Assembly: GCF_006345805.1 (NCBI RefSeq)
Contig: NW_021834942.1
Span: 1 to 44,083 of the forward strand
DNA: 44,083 bases
Direction: 5' to 3'
From: Octopus sinensis
Taxonomy: Eukaryota
Part shown: piece by piece, positions 36,101 through 44,083 of the stretch
Layout: each line of letters begins with the position of its first letter
How positions within the stretch are numbered: position 1 is the stretch's first letter
Notes under the pieces: generated by a model
The model's input: only the letters and a program-made list of their open reading frames with translations
Database searches by the model: none
Told to the model about the DNA's origin: nothing
Translations under genes and position numbers: made by a program

Positions 36101-38720
36101 GAAGCGATTGCCTGTGAAAAAGGCTGAGCAACGTAGTCCTGAGCGGAAAATACAATTTAAAGCACTTCATAAGCAGCCTCAGAGAAAGCTTGGTTCTCTG
36201 TGATTAGATGTTGCTATTGCGAGGCTTTCGGTACGAGGGCAATACATCACGGAATTGGAGTGCGGTGGAGGATTTCCTGGCTTCACATGTATGTGATGAA
36301 AAACCTGATTTGGGTAGCACCACACCACCTCACTGTGACAAGTGGCCAGAAAGGTATAGGAAGTTACTGAAAAAGAAAGGTGTGTATGTCTTACTACTTT
36401 CATACTAATACAGAGTCTATGATTTCCTTTTGTTTGTCATCTAACCTTATGGTTACTCTTATTTTACGAGAGTGGCAGAAGCTTTTGCGCACTCTTACAT
36501 CCTCACGTGGGACGTATAGTTTATTTATATCAGCCTCTAGGAGATGCATGTAGTGTATCGTGACAGAATTGCTTTGTTTTGATTCGGTGATACACATCTC
36601 ATTCGTGGATCATTTTATGGTATCAAAGCTGCTGCCTAGAGGACCTATATATAAGGTATTCATTGCATCAGTCTTTTCTTCAAATGGAAATAGGTTTTTA
36701 TAGTGGCGGCTCATAAGAATGCGGTGTGACGCGAGAAATCATATCAGCACATTCAATAATAGAAGAGACTAGCCATAACAGTTTTAATATATCGACGGAA
36801 TTAAATGCAGGAAGATAAGGAAAAAAATGCGGTGTTTGGGGATTTCATGAAGGAGATGACCATAATGATGTTCAAAGGATATGAGTTTGTCATAAAATTT
36901 AAAATTAAATACACAGTATTTTACGTAGGATATGGGCGGTTCCGATTAGCGCTATCTTTTGAGTTGCTGCCATTTTGGGGTTTCCTAGTATCTGAGATGG
37001 TATGATTCAGGCCTTTTGCTATAATTCCTCGGGCAACTATGACAACAGGCATTGTTTTACTTCCACATTTTGCTAATTTCTATTTCAAGATCTTTACACT
37101 TGCTCAGTTTTGTAGGTTTTGATAGATACTTTTTTTGTCGATTGGGACAGTTTTAAATGAGGAGGCATGGTTTTTTTCCTGTAGTTTTTCTATATAATGC
37201 CTGTTCTATTCGCATCTATCTTTCTGTCACTTTGAATGGCAAGGTTCTAGAGGTTAAGATGCGATCATCTTCAAGAACTGGAGTGTGTTCGGGTCCCCAA
37301 CCGATTGTATCATGTGGCACGTGTATGTTTTTGCAAATTAACTAGTAAATATGATGTGCTGCTCAATCATGCCTGTTGAGATATTCTGTATGCACAAGAA
37401 GACTGCACATGGAGACAACATGATCAATGGTTTCATTTTGTTGTTTACAAGACATGCTGGGTGACTGCCGTTCTTTAATATGGTAGTTTCTTGTAGGTAG
37501 GCCTTGATCTTGAGCTGCTATATTAAATCCGTCTGTGTCTGATTTTAAGCTAGAAGACACTAAACATTGATGGGTAATGGCTTTATCCACATCGGCACTA
37601 TTAGCTCTCTTTGGGTATTTGCCATTGAGCTGTTTTCTTTGTCATTTATCTGTAAGAATATCTAAGTCAGATTCTTTGCATGTACTTTCATTCGCTTAGC
37701 TTTTTTCTGTGCTTGCTTCTAGTACGTTTAATTCTGGGAATTGTTGTATTTGGAATTCACTTAGATATTTCTTTGCATGCTTTGTTACTTTGTATGACAC
37801 TTTCTTGTTTTCGTGCTTTGAGACAAGTTTTAATATTCAGTCATGAGAGTTGTTTAGGTAGGTGTCACGGTCAATTGTGGCACTATCCATTGTTAATTCC
37901 AATTGTAAATGTTACGGCCACCCTCTTTTCTTTGCAGGTAAAATCGTTCTACATCTGTTTTAGGGTGGTGCATTCTATGCATTGTCAACAATTTTCGTAT
38001 TTTTCTGTCACGATTACATATTTCAATAATTGACCAGTTAATGATATTGAAACTGTAAGTCACGACTTGTACGGCATAGGTACTGATCACTTCGATCCTG
38101 TTTCTTGCATTCAGCTCTGTCTTGAATATTGCTTTTACCCTGCGATAATATTCATCACTGAATATTTGATCATGTCCACTTCAAATATCGATAAGTACAT
38201 GTATCTCTCCGCGTGTTCTAATTCCATTATGACATTCTGAGGGATGTTTCTGTCGTTTTTCCTTTGATAAATGTAGCTTTTGCCCATTTATCGAGGTAAA
38301 ATTGCAACGTGATATCATCAAAGAATTGTTTAGTATCTCCCGCCCAAGACGAAACACTAAAGGACTATATATTTATCCACACATTTCAGGAATAAATATA
38401 CATATGACTATATACGCACTTTTCACAATATACCAAACAGTGATGTAGAACACAAAGACTTATGTAAACACACATCGTCACACACAAACACGCTCAACTC
38501 ACACACACTCACATACATATATATATAGAGAGAGATAATGTGAGGTAGAGAAGGGCAACCGAAGGTTAAGAAAGTAAGATGGAAAGGTATTAAATTTCAG
38601 GAAATATATACTCAGGAATATAGTATGAACAAGACTGGTTCAACTTACAATTCACCTAAGTTTGGAAGATTTGCAAACGATCCATTTTCAATTTTCACGA
38701 TTGCATTACTGGAAAGATCT
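252..38720 (-). CDS. Multi-exon gene (5' and 3' ends outside window): extracellular LRR x>=6 - LRRCT - Ly6/uPAR (three-finger)-like - possible SEA-like protein
   Basis: Ten exons found by hand on the minus strand, all with AG acceptors and GT donors, and with splice phases chaining 2-2-2-2-2-2-2-1-0-1-0. Nine give a continuous stop-free frame: [48 protein letters not shown]/[71-nt copy]/[84 protein letters not shown]...[18 protein letters not shown]...CPGLL/PLCQYG...[25 protein letters not shown]...VSRA. About 10 N-x-S/T sequons. Confidence 0.9.
1089..1215 (+). mobile_element. Degenerate SINE family A
   Basis: ttcagtcccactgtgtggcacattgagcaagtgtctt...gtggatttgatagac matches the family A body; flanked by (TA)n. 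Confidence 0.7.
1264..1575. repeat. Inverted duplication (~65 bp arms) around a ~170 bp core
   Basis: atttaataaataaaacatatgcata...catacctacatctatatg (1264-1330) is the reverse complement of ~1510-1575. Confidence 0.75.
1911..2237. mobile_element. MITE-like element with 41-bp terminal inverted repeats
   Basis: 1911-1951 attaattacagaaatagacatagtctctgacagctgtttcg versus the reverse complement of 2197-2237 (3 mismatches); non-coding AT-rich interior. Confidence 0.7.
2275..2630. repeat. Compound (TA)n/(TACA)n/(CA)n microsatellite
   Basis: Directly visible; source of the spurious Y/I/M/C/V ORFs. Confidence 0.95.
2640..2805 (+). mobile_element. Degenerate SINE family A
   Basis: aattcagtcctactgcgtagcaccttaggcaagtgt...ggccgatcaaaccc...aaactgaaaaaagccc matches family A. 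Confidence 0.65.
3435..3648. repeat. Long near-perfect palindrome (~100-bp arms, 9-nt loop)
   Basis: The left arm ends ...cttcctgtcggcctt (3538), the loop is gacacattt, and the right arm starts aaggccgacaggaaac; pairing extends to atagagtgg/ccactctat with few mismatches. Confidence 0.92.
3693..3876 (-). CDS. Exon (phase 0 to 1), C-terminal half of Ly6/uPAR three-finger-like domain
   Basis: Acceptor cttcattgttacag, donor CCTG|gtaagt; 184 nt = 61 codons+1; ends in the LU signature CCRDNLCN. Confidence 0.92.
3907..4136 (-). mobile_element. tRNA-derived SINE (family B) with 15-bp target-site duplication
   Basis: Head AAGGCGGCGAGCTGGCAGAATCGTTAGC...GAGTTCAAATTCC and central GCCTTTCATCCTTTCGGGGGTCGAT; TSD taacagccatataat at 3892-3906 and 4137-4151. 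Confidence 0.9.
4720..7500 (-). mobile_element. Heavily degenerate Tx1/L1-clade LINE ORF2 (APE endonuclease to C-terminus)
   Basis: Translated fragments align by eye with ORF2 at 41641-44083 and 13140-13715, e.g. VAVYA...[44 protein letters not shown]...[11 protein letters not shown] and [10 protein letters not shown]; many stops and frameshifts. Confidence 0.8.
7991..8222 (-). mobile_element. tRNA-derived SINE (family B)
   Basis: High similarity to 3907-4136 over its full length. Confidence 0.88.
8337..8428 (-). CDS. Exon (phase 1 to 0), N-terminal half of Ly6/uPAR-like domain: (G)[30 protein letters not shown]
   Basis: Acceptor tattttatattctgtag, donor CTG|gtaaaa; 92 nt = 2+30 codons; supplies the LxCxxC start that the downstream CCxxxxCN exon needs, and both phases match. 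Confidence 0.9.
8560..8900 (+). mobile_element. Possible ancient Gypsy-type LTR retrotransposon RNase H relic
   Basis: [33 protein letters not shown] resembles the Gypsy RH motif YxxxELE...hxYLxGxxFTVxTDHKPL; very degenerate. Confidence 0.35.
9940..10140 (-). mobile_element. SINE (family C) with CR1-like 3' tail
   Basis: The minus strand ends ggcggtgccccagcatggccgcagcc...tgaaacaagtaaaaagag, matching the 3' end of the LINE at ~33097-33125. Confidence 0.75.
10195..10357 (-). mobile_element. SINE family A
   Basis: Near-identical to 19-180. Confidence 0.88.
10372..10532 (-). mobile_element. SINE family A (tandem with the previous copy)
   Basis: Near-identical to 19-180 and 10195-10357. Confidence 0.88.
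10648..10814 (-). CDS. Exon (phase 2 to 1), last LRR plus LRR C-terminal cap
   Basis: Acceptor gtcttataattacag, donor AAAG|gttagt; 167 nt = 1+55 codons+1; [14 protein letters not shown]...GKC...SQCK has the four-Cys LRRCT pattern (CxC...C...C). Confidence 0.9.
10880..11185 (-). mobile_element. 5'-truncated R4/Dong-like (REL) LINE 3' end
   Basis: [47 protein letters not shown] followed by a 3' UTR and a (TAA)n tail at 10846-10880. Confidence 0.85.
11267..13988 (+). mobile_element. Internally deleted Tx1-clade LINE (5'UTR-ORF1-ORF2 C-terminal remnant-3'UTR), flanked by (ATT)n on both sides
   Basis: ORF1 is homologous to 39712-41584 and joined at ~13140 directly to the ORF2 C-terminal Cys region ([15 protein letters not shown]...CPRC...ETVLH...C). 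AATAAA at 13977; (ATT)n at 11184-11266 and 13989-14235. Confidence 0.88.
11491..13143 (+). CDS. Tx1-like ORF1 (gag-like; RRM-like segment, degenerate zinc knuckle, poly-Q and Pro/Thr linker), 551 aa open frame
   Basis: ATG at 11491; [13 protein letters not shown]; [21 protein letters not shown] (CCHC with the second Cys replaced by Ser). Confidence 0.8.
   Translation: MSLKRAAGSSLLATPPPPQEEKILSAVPNRPFQAVKGKENITMERAEKQSVPNKNKKDGVSCDVILDFPPLPSINVIVPKGEEGNDMNKREINKETKIEENSKGFASAAKQISEEIQVSMEDIKMAKELLRKEGNSVFLNTPQQLIHDTNKKTIFYKVFEKKTKRLVNATPQQLEMALKPIWGQMSYVTRGKRFGTVEVRFPTEEQARAHAISPLQNEHLFLVPMYLGRKVQKITINTIPHKLNISWLVAAILYGIEDTATILNVRRVREKNWSGMGIEMLVQSQQENINAIHDFVILLDGIRLNVTVEGRKPKCFLSSSESHLKRDCPIQKKRMEEYSKRQQQQQQQQQQKQQKQHETPKAATLPTPSPAPRRTTPPPATTTTKPTPTPVPRRSTAAPSTATGAAAPPIPAEPTTFRPAAEADPSTIPLPDEEYSDCASSDSNNGEWSTVLPKKKRRRKQNDTQGKHEQIVLPNIKNNNNNTYSQQQTTITLSTPLLPLPLPQTQTHTDTITSINTRNQELVEYLKEKTSTNITDFVIPTQNTPPAHIL
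14240..15058 (-). mobile_element. 5'-truncated R4/Dong-like LINE with intact C-terminal CCHC and restriction-like endonuclease
   Basis: [47 protein letters not shown] and [11 protein letters not shown]; 3' UTR then (TAA)n; the 5' end fuses into (TAA)n at ~15058. Confidence 0.9.
15398..18792 (-). mobile_element. Near full-length R4/Dong-like LINE, frameshifted, lacking the REL domain
   Basis: N-terminal [11 protein letters not shown]...KLANVRRNI; RT motifs [41 protein letters not shown] and YMDDIKL; thumb and CCHC up to HVVSG, then ~50 nt and (TAA)n; (TAA)n also at the 5' side. Confidence 0.9.
19030..19110 (-). mobile_element. Short 3'-end fragment of another (TAA)n-tailed retroelement
   Basis: The minus strand ...ccccagtgctactttgatggaatgcactgctctctcactg runs into (AAT)n at 18795-19030; family recognised from memory only. 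Confidence 0.5.
19640..20080 (+). mobile_element. Degenerate R2/R4-type RT fragment
   Basis: [39 protein letters not shown] and LVKAVNTW across frameshifts. Confidence 0.7.
20300..20368 (-). CDS. LRR exon (69 nt, phase 2-2): [22 protein letters not shown](I)
   Basis: Acceptor ttatctttgattctttcag, donor GAGAT|gtatgt; joins the LRRCT exon to read INEIDLRNN. Confidence 0.92.
20815..21357 (-). mobile_element. Mariner (Tc1/mariner) transposon relic, 5' part
   Basis: From ATG 21170: [25 protein letters not shown]...[15 protein letters not shown]...SGRPMTS...[12 protein letters not shown]...EELQLKRVA (mariner HTH region); TIR-like TACATGAGGTACCTAAAAGTAACCGAA at ~21325-21357. Confidence 0.8.
21544..21821. 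mobile_element. MITE-like element with ~70-bp imperfect TIRs, TA-flanked
   Basis: ataatttacaagataagggcaaaag...ccaaatatgccgaaaaaaagacaaaaa versus its reverse complement at ~21752-21818. Confidence 0.75.
23030..23101 (-). CDS. LRR exon (72 nt, phase 2-2): [23 protein letters not shown](V)
   Basis: Acceptor ttctctcccaaattacag, donor GT|gtaagt; open frame. Confidence 0.92.
24189..24260 (-). CDS. LRR exon (72 nt, phase 2-2): [23 protein letters not shown](L)
   Basis: Acceptor ttgtctctcaaattacag, donor TT|gtaagt; open frame. Confidence 0.9.
26422..26492 (-). pseudogene. LRR exon copy with a 1-nt deletion (71 nt): pseudo-exon or assembly error
   Basis: ATT GAA CAT in sibling copies reads ATT CA CAT here; acceptor ctcttccaacttacag and donor gtaagt are intact. 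Confidence 0.75.
28822..28893 (-). CDS. LRR exon (72 nt, phase 2-2): [23 protein letters not shown](L)
   Basis: Acceptor tactttttcaacttacag, donor TT|gtaagt; open frame. Confidence 0.9.
30190..30395 (-). mobile_element. Probable Penelope-like element terminal (pLTR) segment
   Basis: Contains a minimal hammerhead on the same strand as the Penelope ORF at 34240-35105 and is separated from it by the CR1 insertion. Confidence 0.55.
30292..30337 (-). ncRNA. Minimal type I hammerhead ribozyme motif
   Basis: Minus strand: stem I CUGU / core CCGAAGA / stem II ACG-GCAA-CGU / GAAA / stem III CUC-A-GAG / UA / stem I ACAG; cleavage triplet GUA; U4C core variant. Confidence 0.75.
30397..33158 (+). mobile_element. 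5'-truncated CR1/L2-group LINE (APE C-terminus plus RT), frameshifted
   Basis: [70 protein letters not shown] and [11 protein letters not shown]; 3' tail (TAAGGATTT)2. Confidence 0.92.
33160..35105 (-). mobile_element. Penelope-like element relic: RT thumb, GIY-YIG endonuclease (~34240-34700) and long 3' region
   Basis: [38 protein letters not shown]...[16 protein letters not shown] and [11 protein letters not shown]...[13 protein letters not shown]. Confidence 0.88.
35110..35660 (+). mobile_element. Degenerate, internally deleted Tx1-like ORF2 fragment
   Basis: [29 protein letters not shown] and SREVVWW...LKFHLK match the RT and C-terminal motifs of the other Tx1 copies. Confidence 0.65.
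36900..38335 (-). mobile_element. Degenerate R4/Dong-like LINE (RT end, thumb, CCHC, REL)
   Basis: [53 protein letters not shown] and [12 protein letters not shown]. Confidence 0.85.
38649..38720 (-). CDS. LRR exon (72 nt, phase 2-2): [23 protein letters not shown](L)
   Basis: Acceptor gaattatctttcag, donor TT|gtaagt; canonical 24-residue extracellular LRR. Confidence 0.92.
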
Positions 38721-39268
38721 CTGAAAGATAATTCATGAAGAACAAGCATAGAAGTGATTAGTCATATATTTCAAATATTATGTCTAATGAAATAGCTGCT
38801 GAAATAGAAGAAAAATAAGTACAAGTGAGACAATTTGGTGAAGACGATTATGAAAATGATAAGTGAAGATTATGAAGATAATGATGAAGATGTATGGCAT
38901 TGTGTTAAGTAATGATGAAAGCGATAATTATTATGATGAGGGCATTGACGGTGACGGATTTGGTAGTGATGAAGTTCTTTCGGTCTGCTGGCATTGCACT
39001 TGTGGTTCCATATTATGACTGATAAGGATGATGATGATGGTGGATGATGGTTACGACCACCACGAGGACGTAGACGATGATTATGATGACAATATTTACT
39101 GATGGTGCTCTTAATATTTGGAATGATCATGTGGAGGATGACGCTGATATACAAAGTTGAAACTATAACAAAAGAGAAGGATGAGAATAAGAATAAAATT
39201 AACGACCAGCAGTAATTGATAAATGAGATTAAAAGGGTAAAGAAGACTAAACTAGAACTGGCGATATG

Positions 39269-39423
39269 TATCTATCTATCTATCCATCTATCTATCTATC
39301 TATCTATCTGTCTACTTATCTAACAATCTATCTATCTAACTATCTATGTAGCCATCCATCTATCTCTCTATCCATCCATCCATCTATCTATCCATCCATA
39401 TATCTATCTATCTAGCTATTTAT

Positions 39424-39491
<68 letters not shown>

Positions 39492-39514
39492 GTATCTATC
39501 TATCTATCTATCTA
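39269..39514. repeat. (TATC)n / (GATA)n microsatellite
   Basis: Directly visible; abuts the 5' end of the Tx1 element. Confidence 0.95.
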
Positions 39515-42500
39515 CGGACGTGCTGTCACTTCGGCTCCGAAGGTAATCGTTTATTTTGACTATTTATAGCCCATATTTTGTGTATGTTTTTAAAAATAAG
39601 GTGTGTAAGGCACCCAACTTTCGTTTGAGTGCGTTTCCAAGGGAGGAATTCGGCCCTAGGGGCTGTTTCAACCCCATTTCATTTCTGTAATTTTCTTCTC
39701 GACATTAGAAAATGCCGAGAAATTTTATTGTAGAACGCTGGTCGCGTTCCTTTATGGACCAGCATTTTCCTAGTTTGGAAACGCTAGGAGAAGAAAAAAA
39801 GAACTCATGCACGCAAAGTGCAAACATGAATATCGTTGGAATGAACGCTGCAACCACGTGCGGTAACAGCCCTGTCACCACCGCCACCACCACTACAACA
39901 ACAACAACGAAACTGCTACTGCTACCACCCCCATCCACCACCACCACCACTACCAACACAACCAACATAAATGATAAAAATGAAACTCACGCGAATACTA
40001 TTAAGAAAAACAACAACAACAACAACAACAATAAAAATGAACTATCTAATAGTGAAGATGTTAATACAAAAAAATCAACAACACCAGTAAATTTCGCTGA
40101 CACTCTGCGTCAGAAGAAAGAGATTGTAACATTTACAAATGAAGAGCTCATAGAAACGAGAGCTCTCTTTACAACCCGTGGGCAAGATTTAGTGCTACAT
40201 ACACCTCAACACATAAAGCAAGAAATAGAAAATAAGACAATTATATATAAAATTATAAGAAAAAACAAAAAACTAAATGAGCAGATTACAGAAACAGATG
40301 TAGAAAAATGCTTAAAAAGCATAATGAAAGAAAAAGAATATATAAACTGGGGTCCAGTTTAACACAGTAGTGGTCCGCTTCCCTAACTAGGAAGTGGCAA
40401 AAGCTCACTCTACTGAGTCTCGGGAATTGATGAAATCATCATGGTCCCATACTATAAAAACCAGAGAGTGAGTCGAATCACTATTAAAAATGTACCTCCC
40501 GATCTTCCTAACAAATGGATAATAGGGGCAATCTGTTACCATTTAAAAAATATCAACATTTTGGAAACCGCCGTGTACCTTCGCGACATTTGGGGTGGGA
40601 AGACAATAGTGGTGACCATACAGATTGAGGGGGCCTCTATCGAGAGCCTACCGGATAAGATCCACTTGGAAAATGTTGTAGCAGAAGGCAAAAAACCTAG
40701 ATGCTACAACTGTGGCAGCCCCGAACATTTAATTGCCAAGTGCGCTCTGGTACAGAAAAAACAAGAAAGAACAAATCAGAAAACAAATAAAAAAACCCTT
40801 GTTGCCAACACCAACATCAGCACCAACACACTCAATTATGGAACAATGCCAAGAAAAACAACAAACCAGCAAACAAACCCCAACAACATCACAAAGAAAA
40901 GAAACAGTACCAACACAATCACCGTTCACGTCACAACCAATTCAACATGCTGAACCAACAAAAAATAGACCAACACCAACACCGAGAACGGCAATTAAAA
41001 AGACAGAAAACAGTGACGAGAAGACAAATTCTACCCCTAACACCACAACAACACAAACACCGCACAAAACATCAACAATTTCTAAAAGCATACATAGTAA
41101 TGCAAATGCTTTGCCTTTACCTCCTACTGATACGTCGGACGACGAAAGTTCGACGGAATGGCAAATAGCCACAAGGAGTAAAAGGAAAGGATTCAAAAAA
41201 TCCACCAAACAAGGAAGTAAAGCAGGGAGATATCTAACTCCGGACAACATCCCCCTAGACAATCAAAAAAGCAATGAACCCGTAAAACCACACACACAAC
41301 TAACTGCAATAGACACAGTCAATAAAGAATTAATGGACTACATCACATCCAACACGGACATCTGTGAAGATGACTTTAAGACAAACAATCATCCGCACAC
41401 CACACCACCGAAACACATCAGAATTTTACACATAACACAAGCACAACACCACATACTGAAAACAATATTTCCGAATGCGGTAGGCGGGTTTCAACGATAC
41501 CTGTCCAGAAAACTATACAAACACCTCATCAAAAACAATACAAAAGAAGAAGAAAAAAATGAAACTTTTAAAATGAGTAAGTGACCTCCCTCTTGCCTCT
41601 TGTCTCTTCTAATGTAGTGAGTAAAACACAATTTTCGTAAATGTCAAGTATGCTTAAATTAGGTTGTGTGAATGCGCGTGGTTTGGCGTCGGCTTGGAAG
41701 CAAGGTTACCTTCTAAACGACATCAAGTCACTGAACGTGGATATAGTAGCTATCAGTGAAACCAGACTCAGTAAGCCGCGGGCCCTCGAGTCCATGTTTG
41801 GCAATCAATTTGACATTTATTTTTCTCCCTGTCTGCCGAACATGGGTGGTGGAGATACCGCGGTGCTTTTTCGAAAGAGTCTAAATGTAAAAGTAAGAGC
41901 AATATTCCTAGACCCGGAGGGTAGGCTGGTTGTCTTGGACGTGGATGGCAGAAATGGGTGTGCATTCCGTCTGATGGCAGTTTATGCACCCTCATTAACG
42001 GGTCGGGCGGATTTCTTCAGACGTCTAGAGGTTTTCCTGGGTACGTCTAGACCTTTACTGTTAGTAGGGGATTGGAACGCTACCTTGGACACGCATCTAG
42101 ATTATGTGGGAAGGGATAGGAATAGAAGGGGGTGTAAGAGCCTCTAAGACCTGCTCAGACGTTTCCATTTGTCTGACAGGTTCCGACTCGACCATCCGAA
42201 CGTGCCAACGTGGACTTGGACAAACCGCATCGGATCGTCGAGATTTTATCTAGATAGAATTCTATGCAGGACAGCGGATAGGGATAGTGTAGGATGTCCA
42301 CAATTTAAAATAGTCAGCTACACAGATCACAAATTTGTTACGTGTACGCTCGACTTAGATAAAACACATAGGCAGGGTCCCGGTTACTGGAAACTGAACA
42401 CGTCGCTGTTAGCGCGACAGGTTTACAGGAACCGGATTAGCGAGTTAATTAAGAGGGAACTGACGGGAGCCGTCGTTAACAACCGCTGGTGGTACGCCCT

Positions 42501-44083
42501 GAAAATGGCAATAAAATCGGAATCAATTAGGTTTAGCAAGGAATTAGTGATAGAACGAAATAGAGTAGAGGGAGACTTGGTTAAGAAACTAGAAGAGGCA
42601 CTTACCACTGGCAGCGCAACCAACGTGCTGGCTGCGTCAGAGCTAAAATGCGTGCCTTAAGGAACGAAGGGATCGAAGCTGCGCGTGAGGCCCGGGTAGC
42701 GGAGGCGCAGCGTGGCAACAGAGCCACCATTCGGTCTCTAATAGATCAACAGGGATGCAGTTTACTCTAACCCGAAAGGATGTGTGAGGCCTTTCAACAG
42801 GACTTTGCTCGACTGTTTGGTGCGAGTGGTGGGTCGGAACGCGGGATGGATTTCAGTGCCTACCTGACCGACCTGCCACGGCTCTCGGCAAGAGAAGCGG
42901 AGTGTTGTGAAAGTCCCATCACAGCCGCTGACGTGTGGGATGCGATGGCGGGCTGCGCGAGGGATAAGTCGCCTGGATTGGATGGTTTACCCTACGAGCT
43001 GTATTGTCAAATGCCAGACTTGTTTGGCGACCTCTTCGCATCAAGCTACTGCAACTGGCAACAAAACGGGAGAATCCCCGGTTTCGTGAGCCGAGGTGCA
43101 GTGACGTTGCTGAAGAAAGACCCAAACAAGGGGAATTTTATCGATAATTTCAGGCCCATCACTCTGCTCAACGCAGATTTGGAAATTTTGGCCAAAGTAA
43201 TAGCCGAGAGGTTGGCGCTTGTCATTGGTAAACTGGTCGACAGGGCGCAAACATGCGCCGTGCCGGGCAGAACCATACATGACAACCTCCATCTGATGCG
43301 CTACATTGTGAACAGGGTAGTTAAGGATCCTGGCATGGGTGGGGCGCTGATAAATTTGGATCAGTCTAAAGCCTTCGATAGGGTCGACCATCGGTACTTG
43401 GCGGCCGTCCTCAGGGCGGCTGGCTTCGGTCCCGTCTTCCGCGGTTGGATCGCTGCCTTGTATAGCGGCATCCGATCGGTGATTCGGTTGAACGGTCACC
43501 TGTCGAAACCGTTTGACATCACGCGTTCGGTCCGTCAGGGGTGTCCCTTGTCGGCGCTTCTGTATGTATTGACTCTCGAGCCGCTACTGCGGAAGCTGGC
43601 GACACTGAGGGGCATCCCATGGGAACTGGGTTGCGGGACGAGCGTGTCGGCATATGCGGACGATCTCACCGTCATAGTGTCGAGCGACAAACACATCCAG
43701 ATGATAGGCGAGACACTAAGAAAATACGAAACGGTGACGGGAGCAAAGATTAACCCGGAAAAGTCAGTGGGTTTGCTACTCGGCACCTGGAGAAGCATGC
43801 CCATGCCGTCCGACTGCGGCTCAGTAGTGGGACGCTGGACGGACGGACCGGTTAAATTGCTCGGGGTCTGGTTCAGTCCGGACCTCCAAATGGATAAGAA
43901 CTGGGACGAGATCATGAGTAGAGTGGTCGCTCTCAGCCAAACATGGGCCAAGAGAAAGCTGTCTCTAAAAGGCCGGGTGGAGGTGGCGAACGCGTACATC
44001 GCATCCGTCATCGATTACCGCCTGACCGTCGTACCTTGTCCCGACAACACCATCACCAAACTGGAACGCATACTCTTCCGCTT
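39515..44083 (+). mobile_element. Tx1/L1-clade LINE with 5'UTR, ORF1 (39712-41584, broken) and ORF2 (41641 to window end; APE plus RT, several stops and frameshifts)
   Basis: ORF1 zinc knuckle CYNCGSPEHLIAKC; APE motifs VNARGL, ISETRL, VGDWNA, LDRIL, TDHK and GPGYWKLN; RT motifs KSPGLDG, FRPITLLNAD, LDQSKAFDRV, VRQGCPLS and YADDL. Confidence 0.93.

Overview
Eukaryotic, microsatellite- and retroelement-rich DNA; the SINE families and repeat landscape look like an octopus (coleoid cephalopod) genome, recognised from memory rather than by search. The window lies inside one large minus-strand gene, mostly missed by the ORF track. Ten GT-AG exons chain with compatible phases: 38720-38649, 28893-28822, 26492-26422, 24260-24189, 23101-23030, 20368-20300, 10814-10648, 8428-8337, 3876-3693 and 358-252. 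They encode an extracellular protein with at least 6 leucine-rich repeats (one per exon), an LRR C-terminal cap, a 12-Cys Ly6/uPAR three-finger-like domain and the start of a possible SEA-like domain. Both gene ends lie outside the window. The ~8 kb tandem repeat at 22.1-30.2 kb is a recent amplification of one 72-nt phase-2/phase-2 LRR exon with its introns (four copies, one frameshifted), and an older diverged copy lies at ~38.4-39.2 kb. Introns contain an 8 kb stack of R4/Dong-like and Tx1-like LINEs separated by (TAA)n, including an ORF1-only Tx1 derivative. They also hold a Penelope-like relic with a minimal hammerhead ribozyme, a CR1-like LINE, further Tx1 copies, a mariner relic, MITEs, tRNA-derived SINEs and a ~215 bp hairpin beside a splice donor.
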